Shown here: piece by piece, positions 39,701 through 52,900 of the stretch
How the letters are laid out: every line of letters starts with the position of its first letter
How positions within the stretch are numbered: position 1 is the stretch's first letter
From: Azolla caroliniana
Taxonomy: Eukaryota > Plantae > Polypodiophyta
Reading direction: 5' to 3'
DNA length: 64,000 bases
NCBI GenBank assembly: GCA_043228905.1
Contig: JBHGNT010000013.1
Location: 1,860,001-1,924,000 of the forward strand
The notes under the pieces: generated by a model
Seen by the model: only the letters and a program-made list of their open reading frames with translations
Databases searched by the model: none
Told to the model about the DNA's origin: nothing
Translations under genes and position numbers: made by a program

Positions 39701-42362
39701 AGCTTCCTCTGTTTCTCCTTCGGCACGTGCACATATGCGATGCTGCCGAAGATCCTCAAGTTTGCCAAGTTCGGCTTCTTCCCAAAATATAGTTCATGTG
39801 GCGACACTCCTCCATTAGCAGAAGTCCGATTCTGTAGGTAGACAATCGTCTTCACGGCTTCGGCCCAATAGAATTTCGGCATATGCTTCTCTTCAAGCAT
39901 TGCCCTAGTCGCTTCTTCAATCGTCTGATTCTTCCGCTCGGCTATGCCGTTCTTCTCCGACGTATATCTACATGAGAATTCACATCGAATTCCCTCTTTC
40001 TGTAGATAACTTGTGAACTGGTTGGAGAAGTATTCCTTCCCGCCATCAGACTGTAGGCATTTGATCTTACACCCTGTTTCCCTTTCCGCAAGGCTCTTCA
40101 CCTTCAGGAAATATGCGAAGACTTCGCTCTTCTTAGCGATTGTGCATACCCACGTGTGCCGAGTGAAGTCGTCGATGAAGGTTACAAAGTAACGACTTCC
40201 ACTGATACTCACGTTCTATGCCGGACCCCACACATCTGAATGGATCAAATCCAGCGGACTTCGACTACGATTACGCTCATTTGGGAATGGAAGTCGGTGT
40301 TGTTTTCCCATCTGACAGGCTTCCCAGACTTGGCCATTCTGGCCACGAAATTTCGGCAAGTCGAAAACAATGTTCTTCGTTTGCATTTCACAAAGGCATG
40401 GGAAATTCACGTGGCCGAACCGCTTGTGCCACAGGTTGATATCCGACTTGACCTTCTATCCTTTCGTGAACATAGCGGTATCCACATTATTGGTTTCGAG
40501 GATAAACATCCTCCCTTCATGGCGCCCTTGCGCGATCACTTTCCCTTCATCTTTGATGAAGCAACCGAGATGCGTGAATCGAACTTGCATACCTTGGTCG
40601 ACGATCTGTCCGACTGACACAAGGTTCTTTGTTATTGTCAAGACGTGCAACACGTTCATTAGCTTCCCTTTCTGCCCGACGTAGCTGAGGGGAACTTCGC
40701 CGACATGTTCGATGGTATGTGGAGTGTCGTCACCAGTTTCGACCACTCCTCGTGATTCCGGCTTCTCCAAGTACGAGAACCATTCCTCATGGCTCGTCAT
40801 ATGATTTGACGCTCCGGAATTCACATACCACACCTCGCTCGATTTCGAGGTGTTCATGGCCATTGAATTGGCTTTATGCTTCATTATGAAGGCAGGGCCC
40901 GCTCCATTTCCGGCTCGTTCAGAGCCCTCTGCGTAGTGTGATCTTTGACGCCTTCCTGCGTCTCTACCGCTCGGTCCAGCTTTGTCTGATTCGGCTTGTT
41001 TCTTCCAGCACTTGCTCTCCCTGTGGCCTTTCATGCCACAGTACCAGCAATCCGGCGCGGTCTTCTCTTGCTGTCTTCCGGCGCCGCCATGACTCCCCCT
41101 GCATGCGGAGGGTTCAGAATTGCTTTTAGCATCTCGATTATGCCGTACTTTCTGCTCTTTTCGGCCGCCTCCATTGTGTGCCGATCCGCCTTGTCCACCA
41201 CGAACACGGGGCCTATCAACCTCCGTGTAAAGCATCTTGCCATCGGCGTGTGCACTCGTCGACGCACCCGCGTGGTTTTCTTCTACGAGCAACATTGACT
41301 AAAGCTTGAAAAACGAAGGTGTAATCTCCCTCGTGCAAACCGCCATTCGGAAAGCTCTGAACCTGGAAGCTAGCCCACTAAGGCACAATTGCACCATCTC
41401 GTCCTCCTCGACATTCACGTTGACGAAGGTGAGTGAGTCACATATTTCCTTGATTCGAGCCGTATAATCGGCCACAGAAAGATCTCTCTGTCGGATATTG
41501 CTAAGCTCCTGTCTGAGCTGCAGCTTCCTGGCCATTGTGCTGGCGGCGAAAATCCTTTTGAGATTCGCCCACGCGTCCTTCGGTGTCTTGGCATCCCGAA
41601 TATAGCTCAAAAGCTGATCGCTCACATAGGACGCGAAGCAGTACAACACTCTGCTTGCCGCTTGTTCCCAAGCCGGATAGTCCTTGTGTGTCGAATCAGG
41701 TGCCACATCGTTTGCTCCTTCGACATAACTCCAGTAGCCATGGCCGAGCAGGTACTGGTGTGTCTTGTAAGACCAAGATGCGTAGTTACTTCTGTCAAGC
41801 TTTTCAGTCGGAAGTGAGCTTCCCATTCCTCTGTCCATATTGCTGTCTTTTTCTTTTCCAAACAACTTCAACTTTGTTTTGTCACAACTCTTCTTGTCGG
41901 CTGTAGAGGACTTCAACCCTTGCGCTTTGATACCATGTAAAAGAATACGTGTGCGGAACTGTGTGCGTAAGACACAGAGTACATAGTTTGGAGAACTCAG
42001 AAAACACAGAGATGGAGATGGAGAGGGAGAGACAGAGAGAGAACAGAAAACTCAGTTCTATTTCAAAATAATGACGCTCTGTGTTCTCTATACACTTCGT
42101 GCTCAGTGAGCACCTTATATACAAGCCTTGACAATCGGGCTGACACAAGTACTGACTGTACTTGACACTCATAAATGAGCCTACTACACTAACTCCCAAA
42201 ATTATTCCTTTACGAGGAATAACGCTCTAACGGCCTCTTCAGTTTTCACACCGACGCGACCTTGTTGTGCGTACTTTTTCACGCACCTAGTCTATGCTAC
42301 CCAGTCTATGCATTGGGTTACACTGCGTACTTCACACCGAATGTTGAGCTTGTCTCTCAACA
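33790..42362 (-). mobile_element. Ty1/Copia element B (same lineage as A); 5' LTR 41936-42362, partial 3' LTR 33790-34009; carries nested Copia C
   Basis: PBS TGGTATCAAAGC (41924-41935); gag EKLDRSNYASW, CWYCGMKGH; PR WYVNSGASNHMT; INT HSDVWGP, YFVTFIDD; [16 protein letters not shown]; RH YTDADW, KHIEVHYHFVRE, ADIFTK; PPT at 34010. Confidence 0.92.
35084..38068 (-). mobile_element. Ty1/Copia element C (different lineage), internally deleted, nested at the RT/RH junction of B
   Basis: LTRs 37762-38068 and 35084-~35391; TSD TCGCT/CCGCT; PBS TGGTATCAGAGC; gag FDGSNFNFWK, PR WLLDSGASYH, INT LWHGRLGH/CEHC/HSDVCGP; RT, RH and PPT are missing. Confidence 0.9.
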
Positions 42363-42934
42363 CATAATCCTCAACAAACTCTCGAAGATGAGGCCACCAA
42401 TAGTCTTGAGAAACTAGCTCCAAAGTTTTGTGGATTCCAAAGTGACCAGCCATTGGGTTATCATGACAATATTGCATTACTTGGAGTTGAGATGAACCAT
42501 TGGGGATATACAAAAGAGTGTTACGAAAAAGTAACCCATTTTTCCATTGAAATTGGTTATAATCTTTACAAGGATACTTGGATTTTGAAGAAGATGCACG
42601 ATCTGAAATGATATGATTCAATACATCTTGAGCAAATTCATCAAAAATGATACCTATTCGGATTGAATCAAGGAGCCTAGAATCTTCAGGTGCTTTAGAG
42701 GCATTAATAGTCAATAGTCGAAACTGATCAGGCCCTAGGATGTCTTGCTTTTGATGATCAAATGTGGGCTCACCTGGTTGTGGCGCTAAATAAGATCGTC
42801 ATGATAGAGTGTCTGCCTTTCCTTGTTGTACTCCAGGGCAATATGTGACGAGGAAGTCAAAACGCATCAGGAATTGTACCCAACGAGCTTGGTGTCGACT
42901 CAAGACTCTAGCATTTTGAAAGTATGTGAGGTTT
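42363..42934 (-). mobile_element. Chromovirus pol fragment (RH end to INT zinc finger), cut at both ends by other elements
   Basis: NLTYFQNARVLSRHQARW...GKADTLS; CHDNPMAGHFG..KTLELV..YWWP. Confidence 0.85.
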
Positions 42935-45900
42935 TGTTGTCCGCCGGAATAGTAATTGACGGACAGGAGCGCAGAAATATAGAATATAGTAAAAACGTAA
43001 CGCATGTAAACGGTTCACGCGGGAAGTGTGAACGGCTAAAAGACCTTGTGTATATAAAGGGCAAAAATCCTCTGATAGAGGTTGCTTGTAAATTTTGGTG
43101 CATAGAGCGTATCTTAATAGAGTTTTATCTTCTTTGATATCCTGTGCATAGCTGTGGTTAATCTACTATGTGTCTGTGATTCTTGGTGGTGTATTGTAAT
43201 CGCTGTAATTGTAAGAAGCGTAGGCGTGAGTGCGAGTGCTGTGACTAGCGTGCTGACTAGGGAGTTCGGTTGTAGCCGTCTCTCTTATACGCTACTAGGA
43301 TACGGAGAGTTATCCCATTACGTATTACGGTACGACGACAACACAATCACCTTGAGGTCTAGGTCGAAGGACAGACTGAAGATCGCGTTCCTAATCAGTA
43401 ACACTTTTGGCATGCTTGGTGATCTGTGTCTTCTCACAGACGAACAACGACGAATGGATGTTCAACCACAGACGTCCCAGAGAACCAACACGACAAGACC
43501 GAACAATCACAAGGTCCATCACACGTCAGGTAGAGGAACGCGCACGACAAAAACCTCGCCTCAGTGACCTCAGTGATACCTATCGGGACCACAAAGACGA
43601 CTTTCCGCTCACCAAATACCCCGGCGATAGGCAGAATGTTTGCTCACCACACAAGTGGTCCTTCCCTTCCCGCCGTAGCGTCCAACATGGCCTTCTCGTA
43701 TCCCCACTTCAATGGCGAAACCGACGCCGCAACCCACATTAGCCTGTTCCTAAATGTCTAGATGCAAATCACATGGCATAGAGCCTTCCTAAAGAAGTTG
43801 CGCACCATTCCAAAATGACAGAGTTCGGATTAACTCTGGATGGGAGAGTGGCGTTTTGGCATATCCAGATGGATCTGCTAGCAATCAAGACCTTCGACCA
43901 GCTGCAATCGGCCTTTTTGCATTTCTCTCATCGGAAGGTGCCGCAACGTGAAATCCTCAGGCAGTTTTATACAATTAAACAGTTGCCAGACGAGACTGTA
44001 GTGGATTTTTGTTTACGCTTCCAAAATCTACGATGGAAATTAGAATGGGGCCCGACGGAGGATGAGGCTCGGGAGACATTCCTGGCAGCTCTATGACGAC
44101 CGATACGGACGACGCTCAACAACAGTAGCGTGAAAGGGGAAACGGCCGACATGGTCATAGAACGAGCGCTACAACTCAAGCTAGACGACGAAGAAGAAAG
44201 GTTTTCCATGTCCTCATTACGACAAGCGTTACCTCAGGACGAGGAATGACACTTCTGCCAGGCAATCCAGTGCATGATTTGCTTAAATTTTGGGCATTCC
44301 GCAATCGAATGCAACATGTGAACGCATTGCCCAATCTATCACTCGAAAGCACACACGGTCAAGCAGTGTGAGTACAATATGTTGAACAGAGCCACGCCTA
44401 CAGTATGAAGTGTGGAAACACAGCGCCACCCTCGCCGTAATGAGCAAAGACGGCAAGAAGAAAGACCCCGATATATGGATTAGAACCCACGCGATGACCG
44501 GCACTACCAGAATCGCCGGAATAACAACGATTCTGAGGAAGACGAGCTGGAGGATGAAGACTACCGTGGCAACCATAGAAATACTAAAGAGGGCCGACGC
44601 TACGAGAATTACCATCCGACAAACAAATGGGGCGGCTTCAATGGGCCTCGAGGAAAACATTGTCAGTATCGGGACCAACGGCAGTACGATGAAAGTTTAG
44701 ACGATGACCGGCACCAAGAACCGCGTCGGGACTAACAACAACCACCGCGTACGCTCCGAAGAACGAATCAAGACCGGGAGGAGCAAGTCACACCTGGGGA
44801 TCGACACACACCACCAGTTGCTGAGAAAGGCGAATCTAGTATCCATTGTTTTGTTTGCCAACAGCCCGGACATTATGCCACGCAATGCCCATTATGCAAG
44901 GGCAAGGGGCCCACCGTCAATATGATTACGGTGGAAGTGCAACAAGTCATGACACGACAACAAACAAAAAATGCTGATTGGGCCGCGCAAGATGAGATAC
45001 GTCAGATGGCCCAAGCATGGGTTGAAAAAGCAAATGTGGCAAATACGGAACGCATGCAGAAGGAGTCCGCAAACACGGTGGAGTTGTCGGAGGAAGATGT
45101 AATATCTCCAGATCCCATATGGCAAACACTGACAAGCTATGAGATAACGCTAACCATGGAGAAGCTACTTCAACTAGTCCCATGGTTTTGCAAGGCCGTG
45201 GAGGATCGTATAACGGGCAAACCTGGGGTAAGCATCTCCGCAAATTTTACGGACATCAGCGCCGGACCAACAGTGGTGGATCACCACAATCCGGCTATTA
45301 AGTTGATACTACACGGTCAGGAAATCCCAGGATGCGTAATCGACGATGGCTCTAGCGTCAATGTAATTAGCGTGAAGACATGCGAACAATTGGGAATTTC
45401 AAAATGGGAAGCTTGCCCGTTGTGGCTTCGCATGGCGAATACCCGCTCAATACGACCATTGGGTTTAATACGCAAGATAGGCATTATCGTGGGAGGACAT
45501 CGCTTTGACGTCTCGACGGTAGTCCTCGCCCTCGACGCCCCAGGAGAGTATCCTATGCTGTTGGGCAGGCCCTGGCTTCATTCAACGAATATCAAGTAGA
45601 GCTGGCAACATAAGTGCATCAGCTTTCGATGCGGATGCACCAAGGTTCGTGTGCCAATAGAGGAAATGGCGGCACAACCCAAGGGCATCACACTGTTATA
45701 TGCGGAGGATATAAATATGCTAGATGGGGTGGATGATACAGAATTAGAAGTATACCTAGACGAGCACCCCCGGATCATTCCGCTATTCGAAATCGACGTC
45801 ATCGAAACCGCGGCGGAGTATGCCACGCCCGCTACGCTCCATGACGAGGCTTACGAACCAAACCCAGAGTCAATATTAGAACTAAGTAGAGCACGGGCAA

Positions 45901-48900
45901 TGTTCGAGAGGGAAATGGAAATTTCATGACGAGTCACTGCCTCAACCCTGGAAGAAGTAAACGTGGGTATGACATCAGAACCCCGATTCCTCTCCATCGC
46001 AAAAGAATTACTGCCGGATTAGAGAGACGCGATGATAGCACTACTCAGGAAGTATAAAGATGTGTTTGCATGGTCCCACGAGGACATGAAGTGGTTAGAT
46101 CCGAAGTTCTATCAACATAAGATCAATTTAGCGATTGATGCGAAACCGGTCCAACAACGTCGATACCGCATGAACCCAAACTACGCGGCTCGCGTAATAG
46201 AAGAAATTGACAAACTCCTCAAGGCCGGATTCATACAACCAGTCAAACAAGCTACATGGTTAAGCTCGATAGTAGTCGTACTAAAGAAAAATGGCAAAAT
46301 ACGTGTATGCGTGGACTATCGGAAATTGAACGTCGTAACCATTACCGACGCATTCCCTTTACCGTTGACCGACAACGTACTGGACGCCGTTGCAGGGCAT
46401 GACATGTATAGCTTTTTAGATGGCTTCAGTGGGTACAATCAAGTACACATGCAACCCGACGACCAAGAGAAGATGACGTTTGTCACAAACTAGGGAGTCT
46501 ATGTTGCAGTCGTCATGATGTTTGGGCTGAAGACAACGCCGGCTACATTTGAACGGACAATCACGGAGATTTTTGGGGAATATATTTTGGCCTTCATGCA
46601 AGTTTTTTTAGATGATTTTGTGGTATATGGGACAACAACCGACCATTTTACGCATCTGCAACTTTGCTTGGAGCGTTGCTGAACCGCGCACTTAAGCTTG
46701 AATCCCGCCAAATGCGCCTTCGGCGTTACCAGCGAGACCCCCCTCGGCCACATAGTCAGTAAGGAAGGGATAGTGGTCGATCCGAACAAAATCTCCGCAA
46801 TTACCCACGTGAAAACACCGATAAACGCAAAAGCACTCAGCTGGTTCCTGGGACAAATACGATGTCACAGTCGGATGATACGCTATTTGGTGGACTTCAC
46901 CACGCCATTACATACCGCCATTCATCGGACTCCTTTCAAATGGACAACAATAGAAGAGAAGGCGTATGATGCGCTAAAGGTAATGCTCACGCAGGCACCC
47001 ATCGTACAACCACCAGTTTGGGCGAAGCCATTCCACGTGTTCGTAGATGCCTCAGACATAGCAATAGGTAGTGCACTAATGTAGCTCACAGAGCCAAATT
47101 GGTACTGGCTAGTGTACTACGCTAGTCGGAAACTATCAACGGCTGAGCGTAACTATTCGACAACAGAATGTGAGGCGTTGGGTATGATATACAACATCAA
47201 TAAGTTCCGACATTATCTGCTAGGGCGGAAATTCACGTTTCACGTGGATCATTTGGCATTGCTATATTTAGTAGGGAAACAAGCGCTGATGGGGAAATTG
47301 GCTAGATGAATGTTGTTGCTTCAAGAATTCGACTTTGTAATTCAGCACCGACCGGGTACGCAACACGTGGTGGCAGATTTCATGAGCAGACTAGATAATG
47401 GAGAAACAACGCAACAGGATGACGATGACTTTCCAAATGCGGACATTCTGCGTATAGCAACTGTAGCAGAACGAACGGAAAAGACTTTTCCGGATCGGTG
47501 GCTGATGGAAATGACCTACTTCTGGACCACGGGGTTACCGCCACCCTAAATACGGACGGATGAGAAAAAACGGCTGGCCGTACGAAGTTAAAATTTCTGT
47601 TTAGTAGAAGACATCCTATACTACAAAGGCAATGACGACATCTGGAGGCGGGGAATACGGCAAGATGAGAAGGCCGCGGTTCTACGCGAAGCCCACTGTG
47701 GTATGGCGGGAGGACATTACGCAGGCGATGTTACGGCCCAGAAAATCTGGCAAGCGGGACTTTGGTGGCCTACTACGCAAAAGGATGCATATGACTATTG
47801 CAGACAATGCGATTTATGTCAACGACTGGGCTAGCCCACGGAAGCCGCAAGAATGCCACACCAACTAGTGTTGCCACTGGATCCTTTCCAAAAGTGGGGG
47901 CTAGATTTTGTGGGACCCTTTACCCCGGCGGCCGCTCGAACAGGAAATAAGTATATCCTAGTGGCCACGGATTACTGTACCAAGTGGGTAGAAGCGAAAC
48001 CACTACGCGAGAATACTGCGACAGTCACGTCGAAATTCCTTTACGAACACATCTGGTGTCGTTTCGGCTGCCCTATCGAACTCATTAGTGACCAAGGGAG
48101 TCACTTTTTGAATATGGTCATCAGCGAACTGACCCAACATTACGTTGTGGTTCACAAAAAAAGTATGCCGTATTACCCACAAGCAAATGGCTTGGCAGAA
48201 TCCACAAACAAAACCCTACAAACTATCCTCAAAAAGATAGTCAATGAGAACAGAACGGATTGGGATACCAAATTGCACATCGCATTATGGGCATACCGTA
48301 CCAGCTATAAGACCATCATACAATCAACGCCTTTTAGGCTAGCATTTGGACTGGAGGCCGTGATGCCAGTTGAATTCCAGGTTCCCAGTCTGTGAATTCA
48401 AGTACGAGCCCGGCTACCAGAGGGCAAATCTAAGCATATACGACTACAACAACTGTTGGAGCTAGGCGAAACACGGTTACATAGTATGGCCATATTGGAG
48501 CAGGAACAACGGCGGCGCAAAGCATTCGTGGACCGACACCGGCATACACGGGAAAAAGATTTTACGGTTGGGAAAGCGGTATTAGTTTTCCAAACACGGA
48601 TGGGGCATATGCCAAGAAAATTAAGATTCCGCTGGACAGGCCCGTACTGGATAGTGGGAGCGGAACAAGGTAGGTTGGCTAGGGAAGTGTTACAACAAAA
48701 AGTGAATGGGTTTTGCCTTAAACCTTATCTGGGACCTACGCCACCTACCCCATTTCTCGTCGGATAGGACAAAGCTGGGAAATCTACGGAGTAAGTATGG
48801 GGCTCCATTTGTACTATAGTGTAAAAAGAATATTGTGTGTAACCGTTACGAAAAAAAGAGAAAAAAAGAAAAAGAAAAAAAGGAGAAGATAACGACGCTA

Positions 48901-49960
48901 TTAAAAGGACTTAAGGCATGCATAGATTTCTAGATCAATAACACGCAGTAGCATGATGGCTCACCGACCAATGAACCCTAGGCCACAAAAAGAAGGAAAT
49001 AGAAGGTTTTCTGTACAGTATAGAAACCAACCTTCTAACTCTCATCGCTCTCATCGCTCCCCTCCCTCACCCTCTTCTCCATCCTAACACAGAGCTCAAG
49101 TTCGCCATAGCCAACAATCCTCACCCATCAGCCACGAGCCTAACCATCTGACTATGCTGATACCTATTTCTGCCGCCTTGCATCAATGGCTCGTGGAGAA
49201 ACGCTTGGATGGATACATCAGAGTCGCCGAGGCACCTCCCCACCCTAACGCACTGGACATCGCTAGGAAGCTCAATATCGACACGGTCACCAACACATCC
49301 ATTCGGAAAAAGCTTCACCTGTCATCGCTAGGAGAAAGGCATTTTGAAATCCCTCCTGTGGAAACTTTGTAGAGATATTTCGGGCCATATTCGGTGTCCG
49401 CCAAGGCATACAGAACGAAGGAAATCCCCGACCCCTTCTTTCGCTAAATAGCCAAGTTCCTGTTGGAGGTTGGATTTGTACATGTAAACGCATATGGGAT
49501 GCCCAAGTAGAAGGCAGATATCATCATTGATACCTTTGAAGGGCACACGGTCGATTGGGGGGTCATTACGAGAACAACGTTACGGGAAGGCCTGCACGCG
49601 TATCAAGGAGGCAAAAAGCTAAGGCCTATCATACAACAGTATTTGACGATACTATTCCCACCCTGAGGACTGCCGGCACTGCAACCCAGCTGACCCACGC
49701 TGCCGCCACGATCCGCGAAGCGAAGGTTAGCGGAGTTGGCCACCACAGAGTGGGAAGATGAAGCCCAATTAGGCCAGACAAACACATGAACAACGCACAA
49801 AGAATGGGCGGAGCGCAGTTAGGAAGCTGCGCAGGAGCCAGAAGTCGAGCCAAGTCAAGGAAGCCTGAGGCCGAAACGACGGAGGCTGGACAAGAAAGAT
49901 GGGCGCGGGTTAGTTAAAGACACACTCACAGCCACAACGACGATGACCGGGGTCGACAGC
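42935..49960 (+). mobile_element. Non-chromovirus Gypsy (Athila/Tat-like), degenerate; 5' LTR 42935-43403; gag-PR-RT-RH-INT followed by an extra coding-like region
   Basis: TGTTG...TAACA LTR; PBS TGGCA(C/T)GCTTGGTG (tRNA-Arg-like, 43408); PR VIDDGSSVN; RT KKNGKIRVCVDYRKLN, FLDGFSGYNQ, FLDD; RH FVDASD, YASRKL; INT WGLDFVGPF, YYPQANGLAE; no chromodomain; no 3' LTR found. Confidence 0.88.
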
Positions 49961-52900
49961 CCCGTAAATTGGGATGACCAAGCTTTAGCTGATCACTTTT
50001 GGCGCGGCCTTCGAAGCAATGTCAAGAATCTTCTCTTAAACTTTCCGGAGCCCACCTCGTTATCCCAAGCGATTTCACAAGCAGTCCATTGTGACAATCG
50101 TCTTTTCAAATTTCGCCAAGAAGAGTGCCGGACTTGGGTTCCACCTCATTCACTTCCACGCCACGCCCCGGTCATACAACCCCAAGCATCCTCACGCTCG
50201 CCTACTTCGGCAAATGCTCCTGTCCCCATGGAAATTGATCAAGCCCGATTTCGGCCATTGATTGATGTTGAACGACAATTTCGGCGGGCTAATGGCTTGT
50301 GCATGTATTGTGGCACCTCCGGTCATGTCGTTCGCCATTGTCCTAGGAGTACTCACCCACAATTCCATCGAGCTAACGGACCCCAACATCCGGAAAACGA
50401 CATCGTTCGGTTGTAGTAGGAGCCATGCAACTGGACATCTCCCGTCGCCCACATTCTCTTGGTTCCATTGTCGGACCATCAGGCAATTTCACATTGGAGG
50501 TATGGCTTTCGTGTAACTCTAGTTCCATTCGGTCTGTTGCGTTACTTGATTCTGGGGAATCTTCTTGCTTCATCGACATCACGTTTTCCCAAGCACATGG
50601 CGTACCTGTCGTTGGCCTCTCAAAACCCATTCTAGTTGAAGCCATCGACGGGTGCGTCCTCTCATCAGGTGCAATTACTCAAGCTACAATCCCATTAGGG
50701 CTTCGGGTGGGCTCACACCAGGAGGATCTCACCTTTTACCTCATCGCATCTCCTCGACATCCGATCGTCTTAGGACTAACGTGGTTGGAGGCGCACAATC
50801 CAATAGTTGATTGGTGCAACCGCTCGATCACATTTAGCAAGCCAAGATGCTTGTGCAAAAGTATGAAGGTAAATTCAGTTTCCTATCCTTCGGAGACGGT
50901 CGACTCCGAATTGACTACCCCAGCATCGGTCCAGGATGGGTTTGTTTGTGGCGCCATTTCTAACACACTCCATGTTATTCCCGAAAAATACCAACACTTC
51001 TCCGACGTATTTGAAAAATGTAATGCTGATCGTTTGCCTGAACACCGGCTCTATGACTGTCCGATTGATCTTCAAGAAGGTGCGTGTCCACCCTTTGGTC
51101 CTCTATATGCGTTGTCTGCACCAGAGTTGAAGGCCCTTCGTGTGTATCTCGATGAGAACCTCGAGAAAGGATTTATTCAACCTTCTAAGTCACCAGCCGG
51201 GGCCCCCATTTTATTTGTGAAGAAGAAGGACGGCTCTCTACGCTTATGCGTCGACTACGAAGGTTTCAACAAACTCACTGTGTGCAACCGCTATCCGCTA
51301 CCTCTGATCCCCGAACTCCTTGATCGGCTCCGAGTTGCGCGTGTCTTCTCCAAAGTTGATCTGGGTGGAGCGTACAATCTAGTACGCATCAAGCCGGGGG
51401 ATGAATGGAAAACCGCATTTCGAACACGGTATGGGCATTTCGAATACAAGGTAATGCCTTTTGGTCTTACTAACGCTCCCGCAGTTTTTCAACATATGAT
51501 GAACGATATTTTCCGGGAATATCTTGATCTTTTTGTTGTCATTTACCTCGATGATATTCTCATTTTCTCGCCAAACATGGAGGAGCACACTCACCAAGTC
51601 CGATTAGTTCTTGCCAAACTTCGCGAGCATGGCCTTTATGCCAAAGGCGAGAAATGCGAGTTCGACCGTACCTCGATCGAATTTTTGGGCTACATCATCT
51701 CGCCCACTGGCATCACCATGGATATGAAGAAGGTCTTTGTCATTCAGGCGTGGGCGACTCCAAGGCGCCTTAAAGATGTGCAATCCTTCCTTGGCTTCGC
51801 GAATTTTTACCGTCGCTTCATCAAGGGGTTTTCCACCCTAGCACAACCTCTTATCGCTCTCACCCATAAAGGCACTCCATTTTTATGGACCTCGGAGGCA
51901 CAAAATGCGTTCGACTCACTCAAACACGCATTCATCACTGCCCCGGTGCTGCTACATGCCGACCCCACAAAACCCTTCCAAGTCGAAACCGATGCCTCTG
52001 ACTTTGCCATTGGCGCCATCTTATCCCAGGCAGACGACAACAACCTAAAGCACCTAGTGGCTTACAATTCCCGAAAATTTACGGCATCCGAAATCAATTA
52101 TCCCATTTATGACAACGAGCTTGCTGCTATCATTGCTGCCTTTGAAGAATGGCGACCCTACTTTGTCGGCGCACAACATCGTGTCCAGGTAGTGACTGAT
52201 CATAAAAATTTAGTTTATTTTTCCACCACTCGTACTTTGAATCGAAGGCAGGCCCGTTGGTCGACATTTCTTCCCGACTACGATTTTGAGATCGTATTTC
52301 GACCTGGTGGCCAACATGGGAAGGCTGATGCCCTTTCTCGCCAAGCTGACCTTGCACTCTGCCCTGGGGATGCTGCTTATGCTCAACAATCTAGACGTTT
52401 GTTGAAACCCAACCAATTGCATCTTTTTGCCACTTGTATGTTGCAGGATGATTCTTTACTCCAACAAATCACTGATGCATCCAAGACCGATGCGTTCGCC
52501 AACGAGATTCGAGATAGTCTGCAAAACCCCTCCAAGGCGACCAAAAGGAAGGATCTTGACACCTTCACCATACAAGAGGGTTTTTTGTTCCGAGATCATC
52601 TCTTATATGTCCCAAAGGGCCCATGTCGCACCCCGGTGTTGCGGGAATGCCACGATGACCCACTTGCAGGTCATTTCGGGGTCGCGAAAACCCTCGAGCT
52701 AATCTCTCGGGGGTATTGGTGGCCACAACCATGGAAGCTAGTCAAAGAATACATAAAGAGTTGTGAGGTTTGTGCTCGCTCCAAAGCCATTCATCATCGG
52801 CCATACGGCTTACTACAGCCACTTCCATGTCCTCGTCGTCCTTGGGCCTCTATCTCTATGGACTTGATAACTGATCTACCCTTGGTCAATAGCTATGACT

